The translations under genes were made by a program, and so were the position numbers. A DNA stretch of 64,000 bases, taken from positions 255,686-319,685 of the forward strand of contig JBBJMI010000005.1 in assembly GCA_037720155.1 (NCBI GenBank), read 5' to 3'. Shown in pieces: positions 28,847 through 37,053 of the stretch (its first letter is position 1; the number at the start of each line of letters is the position of its first letter). Under the pieces are notes generated by a model. The model was given only the letters and a program-made list of their open reading frames with translations, was not told the origin of the DNA and searched no databases. The stretch is from Chryseolinea sp. (GTDB taxonomy: Bacteria; Bacteroidota; Bacteroidia; Cytophagales; Cyclobacteriaceae).

Positions 28847-29409
28847 ACGTAGCATCAGCTGATAAATGGAGCTCGTCCTTTGCCCTGGACGTTGCTAACA
28901 AAATTGCTTCTTGTTATGGAGTTTACTGTGGTCCTGCGTCGGTAGGCTGGATCGCGGCTGTGTGGAACAATATCAAATGCCGTCCATATGACGTTCTGGG
29001 TCGGTTAAATGATAAAACATTGTTTCCGGATGGCCCTCGCGATTTTCATCGCAACGTGCCAGGTTTTCAAATGAACCTGAGCGATCTCCTCCGCAGGGAA
29101 ACGCAGAATGATTTGAAGCTCGATTCCCGTTTGTATTTCAAGCACCACACGATCCATAGATTGCTTGACTCGAGTGGAATGCCTTTTATCATCAGAATGC
29201 CATCGCCACAAATAAAAGATGGATTGCATTATGTCACACTCTATCGATCAGACAGGTCAACGAAAAACCGACACCATTCATTTTACTGGCAGGATAACGG
29301 GATATACAGATCAAGCGAGCCCATCGGCGAAGGCCTGAGTAAGTCAGGAACAATTTCGATGGGTCTCCACTTCTTTCCGTGGGGCGCAAAGCGGGTTACG
29401 CACGTATGA
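28843..29409 (+). CDS. Hypothetical protein with a papain-fold (C39/BtrH_N-like) Cys...His...Asp/Asn arrangement
   Basis: 188 aa with no signal peptide. The candidate triad elements are YCGPASVGWIAAVW (Cys), DGLHYVTLY (His) and WQDNG (Asp/Asn). It has a 4-nt ATGA overlap with the preceding gene. The assignment is by pattern only. Confidence 0.45.
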   Translation: MNVASADKWSSSFALDVANKIASCYGVYCGPASVGWIAAVWNNIKCRPYDVLGRLNDKTLFPDGPRDFHRNVPGFQMNLSDLLRRETQNDLKLDSRLYFKHHTIHRLLDSSGMPFIIRMPSPQIKDGLHYVTLYRSDRSTKNRHHSFYWQDNGIYRSSEPIGEGLSKSGTISMGLHFFPWGAKRVTHV

Positions 29410-29486
29410 TTTAAAGCTTCTACTTGCTGCAATTCACAGAATGCGAATAGTCAAAATAAAATTTTTGTCCAATTTTGAACTAAAAT

Positions 29487-31478
29487 TTGATTGTGTTGCC
29501 ACATCTCCTGAAGATCATAAGTTTTCTATTCGCCATAACGGTGACTGCCTATTCACAGGCACAGACCGTAGATTGGTATGAAAGCTTTTTCGTCGATGGA
29601 AAATACCGTGAGGTCGAAAAGGCTCTTGAGCTTCGTGAGAAAAAACTTCTTGAAGCTCGAGCAGGCGGAGACTATGAGTCGCAGGTAACAACGTTAATAG
29701 AAATTGGCTTGCTGCACCTCACGCGAACCTATGACCAGGAGAAGGCAATGAATTACTTAATTCGCTCGCTTACGCTGGAGGATTCGATCGACCTTTCAAT
29801 GCATAGGGTGTTTACATATGTTGGCATTGCCCGGGTTTTCAGAGCAGTGGGAAATTTCAATAAAAGCGCAGAATTTTTGAATAAGGCACTGCTTCAAAAT
29901 GCTGAAGGCGGGGATGCGGCAATAAAAGGATTAATCCAGAATGAGCTCGGCGAAATACAGCTCGAGAATGGCGAGGCGGAAGCTGCCTTGAAAAATTTTG
30001 AAAGCATTTTAAGCAGCAGAAAGGAAATTAATAAACCATCGATTGAATCGAAGGCTCTTTTTAACCTCGCTCAACTTTATACGCGACAAGAGAAATATGA
30101 GCAGGCATTGCGGCACCATAAAAGGGCCTTGGTAATTCGGCGGTCGATTGGAGACCGCGAAAATGAAGCGCGTTCTCTTAATACGATCGGCGAGCTTTAT
30201 CGTCTTATGAAGAACACTGCCAAGGCGACGGATAACCACAGGGTTGCACTTTCACTGCGGAATTCTTTAACTGACATTGCAGGCGTAGCAGAGTCGTACA
30301 ATAACATTGCAATTCTTGACTTTGAGTCGGCCAACTACACTGACGCGATCAAAAATTTTGAGTTGGCGTTGCATGCGGGCCAGGAATCTCAGAACCAACA
30401 CCAACTGTCAAAGAGCTATGAATACCTGAGCGAATGTTATGAGGCAATGGAGGATTATAAGCAAGCGCTGGAATATAAGGATCTGTTCCTCGCGATACGG
30501 GAGCTTATTCATGGAGAAATGAATGAGCAAAGGTTGTTGGAGACTCAAAATCGTTACGTGATCGGACAACAGGAGTCGCAAATAGAAACACTGGAATTTG
30601 ATAGCACGATAAGAAAGGTAGAACTCGCACGCCAGACGAAAAATAATCAGCGGTTGTTGCTTTTTGTTGCTTTAATATTAGCTGCCGGCGGCGTGATTGT
30701 CGTTTTTTATTTGGAAAAAAGGCGGTCGGCGAAATTGGTAACGGATGTTAATGCAAGATTGACCGTGCAGCAAACAGAGTTGCAAGAGCTCAACGCAACA
30801 AAGGATAAGTTTTTTTCGATCATCAGTCATGATTTAAAAGGACCGCTAAATTCGCTGTCATCATTTTCCAACCTGCTGATCAATTATACCGACAGTCTTA
30901 GCAAAGAAGAGATACAAACCTTTGCCAAAGATTTTGACAAATCATTGAAGAATTTATTTGCTTTACTTGAAAATCTACTTGAATGGTCGCGATCACAAAC
31001 AGGGAATATTGATTTTACGCCAGACCGTTTTGAAATTTGTGCAATCCTGGAGAGCAATAAAGATCTTCTTGAATCTCAGGCCAAAATTAAATCAATATGG
31101 ATTCAATCGGTAGCGCGTAGTGAACTATACATCGATGCTCATAAAAATTCAATTAACACTGTTGTGCGTAACCTGATCTCTAACGCTATAAAGTTTACCC
31201 AGGAAGGCGGGAGGATTGAACTGGACGCGAGGAAAAAGGGGAATGAGGTTATTATTTCTGTTGCTGACACCGGAGTTGGGATGAGCGAAGCCGTTATCAA
31301 TAGATTGTTCCGCATAGACGCCAAGCACTCCACCAAAGGAACAGCAAATGAAAAGGGGACAGGTCTGGGGTTAATACTCTGCAAAGAGTTTATTGAGAAG
31401 AACGGTGGAAGAATTTGGGTAGAAAGTAAGGAGGGCGAGGGCACCATCTTTTTCTTTGCCCTACCTCAAAGTCAATGA
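29487..31478 (+). CDS. Sensor histidine kinase with extracytoplasmic TPR repeats
   Basis: It has a signal peptide and about 8 TPR-like repeats (A..Y..AL......G). A TM helix (LLLFVALILAAGGVIVVFYL) follows. The H-box is FFSIISHDLKGPLNS. The N, G1 and G2 boxes are NLISNAIKF, DTGVGM and GTGLGL. It has a TTG start and no adjacent response regulator. Confidence 0.85.
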   Translation: MIVLPHLLKIISFLFAITVTAYSQAQTVDWYESFFVDGKYREVEKALELREKKLLEARAGGDYESQVTTLIEIGLLHLTRTYDQEKAMNYLIRSLTLEDSIDLSMHRVFTYVGIARVFRAVGNFNKSAEFLNKALLQNAEGGDAAIKGLIQNELGEIQLENGEAEAALKNFESILSSRKEINKPSIESKALFNLAQLYTRQEKYEQALRHHKRALVIRRSIGDRENEARSLNTIGELYRLMKNTAKATDNHRVALSLRNSLTDIAGVAESYNNIAILDFESANYTDAIKNFELALHAGQESQNQHQLSKSYEYLSECYEAMEDYKQALEYKDLFLAIRELIHGEMNEQRLLETQNRYVIGQQESQIETLEFDSTIRKVELARQTKNNQRLLLFVALILAAGGVIVVFYLEKRRSAKLVTDVNARLTVQQTELQELNATKDKFFSIISHDLKGPLNSLSSFSNLLINYTDSLSKEEIQTFAKDFDKSLKNLFALLENLLEWSRSQTGNIDFTPDRFEICAILESNKDLLESQAKIKSIWIQSVARSELYIDAHKNSINTVVRNLISNAIKFTQEGGRIELDARKKGNEVIISVADTGVGMSEAVINRLFRIDAKHSTKGTANEKGTGLGLILCKEFIEKNGGRIWVESKEGEGTIFFFALPQSQ

Positions 31479-31574
31479 AATTACCGGCATGTCGATTCTA
31501 TCCACCCGTCTATTTAAGCGTTTTTCTTCTAGTGAATTAGTCGCTGACGTGGTAAATTTGTCGTTCTTTCATGT

Positions 31575-34127
31575 ATGCGGAGACTTTACGCTGTCACGTT
31601 CATTTGCTTTCACATTTATACCTCATGCGCAGCTCAAATTGACACAGAATTTTGGTTCGCGCCGCCCGAAGTGACAGAAGGACACGGCGACAGACCGGTG
31701 TACTTAAGGATTTCCACGCAGGACCAGGAGGCTACCATTCGCATAACGCAGCCCGCGGCAAATACAACAAATGTTTTTGTATTTACGATTCCAGCTACCA
31801 CAACGCGTAGTATCGAACTGGAGAGAGAGAATTTGTTTCTTGAGACAAACATACCGGACTCGGTAATGAAGACAGGTCTTCATATTCTTTCATCCACGCC
31901 AATAACTGCATACTATGAGCAAGCTTCGACGTTGAATGCGGAAATCTTTGTGCTTAAAGGTAAAAATGCACTTGGTAACAGATTTATAATACCCTGGCAG
32001 GACGTTTATGCCAACAACATCGCTTATCGTCCTGTCGCATATGCTTCATTCGATGTTGTAGCGACCCAGAACAACACAGTCGTCACGGTGGTGCCAACGA
32101 AGCCCGTCCAGGGGCATGAAAAGGAAAGCACGATCACAATCAGGTTAAATAAGGGAGAGACCTACTCCTTCAAAAAGCCGTCACTGTTAGCTTCCATGAA
32201 TTTTTCTGGCACCGTCGTTACGTCGAGCAAACCCATTGCAATTACTATCAAGGACGATTCTGTTGAAAAGGGACCCTGTCGTGACCTTCTTGGCGATCAG
32301 CTGATACCGGTGAAGGTTACTGGCCTGGAGTATATTGTACCCCGGGGCTTTCTCGACGTGCCTGAGTATTTGTTTGTCATGGCTACGGAGGATGACACAG
32401 ATATTTTTATTTCAGGCTCCAGCTCACCCGTTGCGCATCTAGATATGGGGGAATCATATCGCCGGGAAGTGACGGCGCCCGCGCTTTACGTTGTGGGTAC
32501 TAAAAAGATATACGTGCTGCACGTGACAGGGTTCGGTTGCGAAGTGGGAATGGCCATTTTGCCACCAATAAATTGTACTGGGTCAAAGCTAATCAGCTTT
32601 ACACGAAGCACAGCGGAATTTTTCGGAATGAATCTTCTTGTCAAAAAACCTGGGATTCATTCTTTCAAGCTGTCAGGAAACGGCGTTGAAACACCGGTTC
32701 CGTCAAGCATGTTCGCGCCTGTTCAGGGAACCAACGATGAATGGTATACTGCTCAAATCAGCTACACAACGTCGGAGGTACCGGTAAATCAGGCTAGCGT
32801 GATTTCTAACGACGGTTATTCATTTCAAACTGGTATCATCAACGGAAACGCTGTCACTACTTGCCGGTACGGATATTTTTCCTCTTACAGCACGCTATTT
32901 ATCGGTGATGACTTTGCAATTTGTGAGGGTGACCTCGCGGTAATTGACGCGGGGACAGGCAAAGATTCTTACGTATGGAATACAGGAGCAACTACACAAT
33001 CAATCGAAGTCAAACAGTCAGGCATTTACAAAGTGACGGTTCGGCGCGAGGATTGCATCCTTTCCGACTCCGTTCGTGTTGAAGTTCGTAATGGAGCGGA
33101 AGATCTGGGTCCCGACGTTGCCATCTGTGAGGGTGCGACAACCCACATCGATGGTAAGCCGAACTTCACGTGGTTATGGTCGAACGGAAGTACTGACCGA
33201 TATTTAAGAACTAAAGAGCCTGGCAAATTTTGGATTAACGTTGTTGATAATATAGGATGCCGGGCATCGGACACCATTCAGGTGACACGTTTTATCAGTT
33301 CGTTCGATCCCCGGGTCGACATTACTCTTGACTATGTAAGTGTAGACACGGCTGACGCATCAGCGATAGATATTTCATGGTCGATTCAACATCCGGAATT
33401 ACTGCAGGGGAGTATTGCATCGCTTTTCAAACAGGCATCCGCAAACGATCAATGGCAACTGTATGGGTCCTTCGCCGATACCACCAGTCAAATTCATGAT
33501 CCTGGAAATCATACAAGTGGAGAAGTTTACAGGTACTATTTGACATTGGCAGACAGATGTGGTAAAGAATATAAGGCAACACGGAAGCACAACACCGTTC
33601 TTTTGACGGGTGCCGCAGACAGCCTGACGGATATTATAGACTTACGTTGGAATGGTTACGCTGACTGGACGGAGGGCGTAAAGCATTATGAGATTTGGAG
33701 GAAACTTGATGAGCAGCATACCTACGTTCCATTTGCAACCGTTTCTGACGTTGACAAGTTTTTCAACGAAAAAATTGCTGCGGATGGCTTCGAGCATAGA
33801 TATATCATACGCGCAATAGAACGCAATGGTCGCTATGAAAGCTGGTCCAATCCACTGCAGTTTGAGTTCAGGCATCACATTGACGTTCCGAATGTTTTCA
33901 CACCAAACGGTGATGATTATAATCAGTATTTCTTTATTCCTAAAATAGAACTTTACAAGGAGTCAGAGCTTATTGTACTGGACCGTTGGGGTGATCGTGT
34001 CTATCAGGCAAGGCCCTACACAAACGGGTGGGACGGAGCGAATGTCAATACCGGCGTTTATTTCTACACCTTAAATTTACACCGGAATCGAGAGCAGCTT
34101 AAAGGTACGGTGACCGTTCTGAGATAG
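31575..34127 (+). CDS. T9SS type-B (gliding-motility-associated C-terminal domain) secreted or cell-surface protein
   Basis: It has a signal peptide. The C-terminal sorting domain reads VPNVFTPNGDDYNQYFFIP...LIVLDRWGDRVYQ...GWDG...GVYFYTLNL...GTVTVLR. There are two tandem repeats of about 58 aa containing AICEG (about 32910-33290). Confidence 0.85.
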   Translation: MRRLYAVTFICFHIYTSCAAQIDTEFWFAPPEVTEGHGDRPVYLRISTQDQEATIRITQPAANTTNVFVFTIPATTTRSIELERENLFLETNIPDSVMKTGLHILSSTPITAYYEQASTLNAEIFVLKGKNALGNRFIIPWQDVYANNIAYRPVAYASFDVVATQNNTVVTVVPTKPVQGHEKESTITIRLNKGETYSFKKPSLLASMNFSGTVVTSSKPIAITIKDDSVEKGPCRDLLGDQLIPVKVTGLEYIVPRGFLDVPEYLFVMATEDDTDIFISGSSSPVAHLDMGESYRREVTAPALYVVGTKKIYVLHVTGFGCEVGMAILPPINCTGSKLISFTRSTAEFFGMNLLVKKPGIHSFKLSGNGVETPVPSSMFAPVQGTNDEWYTAQISYTTSEVPVNQASVISNDGYSFQTGIINGNAVTTCRYGYFSSYSTLFIGDDFAICEGDLAVIDAGTGKDSYVWNTGATTQSIEVKQSGIYKVTVRREDCILSDSVRVEVRNGAEDLGPDVAICEGATTHIDGKPNFTWLWSNGSTDRYLRTKEPGKFWINVVDNIGCRASDTIQVTRFISSFDPRVDITLDYVSVDTADASAIDISWSIQHPELLQGSIASLFKQASANDQWQLYGSFADTTSQIHDPGNHTSGEVYRYYLTLADRCGKEYKATRKHNTVLLTGAADSLTDIIDLRWNGYADWTEGVKHYEIWRKLDEQHTYVPFATVSDVDKFFNEKIAADGFEHRYIIRAIERNGRYESWSNPLQFEFRHHIDVPNVFTPNGDDYNQYFFIPKIELYKESELIVLDRWGDRVYQARPYTNGWDGANVNTGVYFYTLNLHRNREQLKGTVTVLR

Positions 34128-34134
34128 CCAGACA

Positions 34135-35388
34135 CTATGGAATGCGCACTGTCCCATTGCCTTTAATTATCCATTTATATGAGGTCATTTCGCGCAACGC
34201 CATTGGACCACGCGCGTGAAGTTTTTGGGTGCTGATGCCAATCTCCGCGCCCATTCCAAACTGTGCACCGTCCGTAAAGGCGGTGGAAGCATTTGAATAC
34301 ACAGCGGCCGCGTCAACAGTATTCAAAAACAAATCAACGCTTTCTTCATCTTCTGCAATAATTACTTCGCTGTGCCGTGAGCTGTGCGTGTAGATATGAT
34401 CAAGGGCCTGTGACATATCCTTGACGGTCCTGATGCTCAACTTGAAATCGAGAAATTCAATGCCAAAATGTTCCTCTTTGGCCTTCTCGAGTAATTCGTC
34501 CGGATATCTAGAATGGAGTACATCAAAGGCCGCCTCGTCCGCATAGATCCGCACGTTCTTCGCGGCGAGTTGCGAGGTAAGCGCCCCGAGGTCAGCCAAT
34601 CTTGCCTGGTGTATGATAAGGCAGTCCAACGCATTGCATACACTCACTCGCCTCGTTTTAGAATTAAAAATTATTGCTGCTCCCTTTTCCACATCACCGC
34701 TTTCATCGAAGTATGCGTGCACGATACCTGCTCCGGTCTCAATCACGGGAACTTTGGCATTGTTGCGAACATAATCTATCAACTGCTGGCTACCGCGAGG
34801 GATTATCACATCGACCTCACCAACAGCCTCCAATAGCGCAAGGGTTGCGGCGCGATCAGAAGGTAACAGCACAACAACGTTCGGATCAATTTCAAACTCT
34901 TCCAATACGCTTCGGATAACAGCGACAATAGCCTTGTTCGAATTTTCAGCATCGCTTCCTCCTTTAAGAATACAAGCGTTACCAGATTTAAAGCAAAGAG
35001 CGAAAACATCAAGCGTTACATTGGGACGCGCTTCATAAATGATACCGATCACACCCAGGGGGACCGTTATTTTCTCCAGCGCCAAACCGTTATCCAGCAT
35101 CTTTTTTTCCAGGATAATTCGCAGTGGCGTTGGCAATGCGGCCACCTTTCTGATATCATGAGCGATATCCTGCAGCCGTTGAGGAGTAAGTTTCAGACGA
35201 TCGTATTTTGGATCGTTTTCATCCATGCGCTCAAGGTCAAGCCGATTTGCCTGAAGTATACCTGTAGTTTGAAGCACGGTTTCATCGGCTAGCCGAAGAA
35301 GCAGCTCATTAATTTTATCCTCCGGCATTCTTTGCAATGCTCGTCCGGACGATTTTACAGCTCTAAAAATTCCTTTATCGAAGTCCAA
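34135..35388 (-). CDS. proA: Glutamate-5-semialdehyde dehydrogenase (gamma-glutamyl phosphate reductase)
   Basis: 417 aa. It has IYEARPNVT and the catalytic Cys context [15 protein letters not shown]. It lies 10 nt downstream of proB. Confidence 0.95.
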   Translation of the reverse strand: MDFDKGIFRAVKSSGRALQRMPEDKINELLLRLADETVLQTTGILQANRLDLERMDENDPKYDRLKLTPQRLQDIAHDIRKVAALPTPLRIILEKKMLDNGLALEKITVPLGVIGIIYEARPNVTLDVFALCFKSGNACILKGGSDAENSNKAIVAVIRSVLEEFEIDPNVVVLLPSDRAATLALLEAVGEVDVIIPRGSQQLIDYVRNNAKVPVIETGAGIVHAYFDESGDVEKGAAIIFNSKTRRVSVCNALDCLIIHQARLADLGALTSQLAAKNVRIYADEAAFDVLHSRYPDELLEKAKEEHFGIEFLDFKLSIRTVKDMSQALDHIYTHSSRHSEVIIAEDEESVDLFLNTVDAAAVYSNASTAFTDGAQFGMGAEIGISTQKLHARGPMALREMTSYKWIIKGNGTVRIP

Positions 35389-35398
35389 GATGTCTCAA

Positions 35399-36475
35399 TT
35401 AATGTAAATATAAATGGTCGTAGTGGATGATAGGCTTTTGATTTTTAACACCAAGGACCTCCTTTGCCTTTTCGTGTCCATAGCGGGCAAGTCCCAGACC
35501 AATTTCATGGTCTTTCTCATCTACAATTCTAATGATATCGCCTCTCTTAAACTTTCCAACTACTTGCAGCATTCCGACCGGCAACAAGCTTTTCGCTTTA
35601 TCCGAAAGTAACATGCTCCGAGCTCCATCATTGATCATGACTTTTCCCTTTGGTTCCTCATAAGCGTGCGCCATATACTTCTTAAAGTTTGACGTACCCT
35701 TTTTTGCCGGGAACCTTGTGCCAATCAATTCGTTGTTCAACACCCTGACAACAATATCCGGAGTGCGGCCGTTCGCGATGTGTACTGGAATTCCCATCCC
35801 AGCAATCTTTTCAGAAGTCAGGCACTTCGTCAAAATCCCACCGCGTCCAAATCCGGATTTTTTTCCTGACGAAATTTCCTCAAGCTTTATGCGTGATGAG
35901 TCGAATGTGTGTATCAGTTTGGTTTCCGGAAGTTCAGGATCTCCGTCGTAAACGCCATCCACATTTGTGAGAATAATAAGCATATCGGTATTCGTCATCG
36001 CGCTGACAAGGCCTGCTAGCTCATCATTGTCGGTGAACATCAACTCGGTGACTGATATGACATCATTTTCATTGATTACTGGAACAATGTCGTTAGCGAG
36101 CAGCGCGGTAAGACAATTCTTCATGTGCAGATAATGATTTCTGCTTTTAAAATCTTCCTTTGTGACCAGAACCTGAGAACAAATTATTCCAGCGCGATCA
36201 AAGATTTCTTTGTAAAGGGCGATAAGTTTCACCTGACCGATTGAAGCCAAAACTTGCCGTTGGACAACTGTGTCGGTTCTCTTTGTAAATTGATAAATGC
36301 TGCGCCCGGCCGCGACAGCGCCTGATGAGATGAGCAGCACCTGATACCCGTCTTCCCGCAGTGCTTTTATTTGCCTGGAAATGCTTAGGATCACGGTCTC
36401 ATCGGGGAAGCCGTTGCTGTTGGTGATCACATTTGAACCAACTTTTATAGTGACCAATTTCTTCTTACTACCCAT
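35399..36475 (-). CDS. proB: Glutamate 5-kinase (with C-terminal PUA domain)
   Basis: The start is taken at MGSKKKLVTIKVGSNVIT (36475). It has the amino-acid-kinase fold. The PUA-like C-terminus reads LPVGMLQVVGKFKRGDIIRIVDE. Confidence 0.93.
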   Translation of the reverse strand: MGSKKKLVTIKVGSNVITNSNGFPDETVILSISRQIKALREDGYQVLLISSGAVAAGRSIYQFTKRTDTVVQRQVLASIGQVKLIALYKEIFDRAGIICSQVLVTKEDFKSRNHYLHMKNCLTALLANDIVPVINENDVISVTELMFTDNDELAGLVSAMTNTDMLIILTNVDGVYDGDPELPETKLIHTFDSSRIKLEEISSGKKSGFGRGGILTKCLTSEKIAGMGIPVHIANGRTPDIVVRVLNNELIGTRFPAKKGTSNFKKYMAHAYEEPKGKVMINDGARSMLLSDKAKSLLPVGMLQVVGKFKRGDIIRIVDEKDHEIGLGLARYGHEKAKEVLGVKNQKPIIHYDHLYLH

Positions 36476-36589
36476 ATAGAAAATTGCTGCCCGGATATCT
36501 GGAGAAGGTGGTAACCGTCGGCCAATCCGCGGCTTGAAGCTACCACTTATATTTCTTACCTTCACCCATAGGGTAAATCATGCGGCGAG

Positions 36590-37051
36590 ATGGCACAATA
36601 TAAATTACAAATCAATGGCAGTGAACATCAGGCTGATGTTGACGAAGACACACCATTACTGTGGGTGCTGCGGGATAGTCTTCACCTGGTGGGCACCAAG
36701 TTTGGATGTGGCATCGCTCAATGCGGCGCGTGTACCGTACATTTGAATGGTGTTGCAGTACGGTCATGTACGCTACCAGTATCAGCAGTAGGAATAAATA
36801 AGATTACTACGATCGAGGGATTATCCGTTAATGGAGATCATCCTGTTCAACAGGCGTGGATGGAAGTTGACGTACCTCAGTGTGGATATTGTCAGGCTGG
36901 TCAGATTATGTCGGCAGCGGCGTTGCTTAATAAAAATCCGAAGCCAACAGAAGACCAGATCTCATCTGCGATGAATGGAAATATTTGTAGGTGCGGTACC
37001 TATCACCGGATTCGCGAAGCTGTTGTATTGGCATCCACTAAAATAAAATAA
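36590..37051 (+). CDS. (2Fe-2S)-binding small subunit of a molybdo-hydroxylase (IorA / aldehyde oxidoreductase small subunit-like)
   Basis: 153 aa. The two [2Fe-2S] cysteine clusters are [12 protein letters not shown] and [10 protein letters not shown]...CRCGTY. Confidence 0.9.
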   Translation: MAQYKLQINGSEHQADVDEDTPLLWVLRDSLHLVGTKFGCGIAQCGACTVHLNGVAVRSCTLPVSAVGINKITTIEGLSVNGDHPVQQAWMEVDVPQCGYCQAGQIMSAAALLNKNPKPTEDQISSAMNGNICRCGTYHRIREAVVLASTKIK

Positions 37052-37053
37052 TC

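Noticed and set aside
31456-31674. A 72-aa plus-strand ORF bridging the end of the kinase gene and the start of the T9SS gene.
   Set aside because: It overlaps both better-supported genes. The ATG at 31575 gives a proper signal peptide for the T9SS protein.
36476-36589. Two ideas for the proB-iorA intergenic region. One was a Moco-type riboswitch upstream of the molybdo-enzyme genes. The other was a Pro-codon leader (..RRLPPSPD.. in the extended proB ORF) acting as an attenuator.
   Set aside because: I saw only a weak 6-bp GTGGTA/TACCAC pairing and none of the conserved Moco-motif elements I can recall. The PPSP stretch lies in an arbitrary upstream extension with no terminator or antiterminator structure. 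Neither idea is supported.
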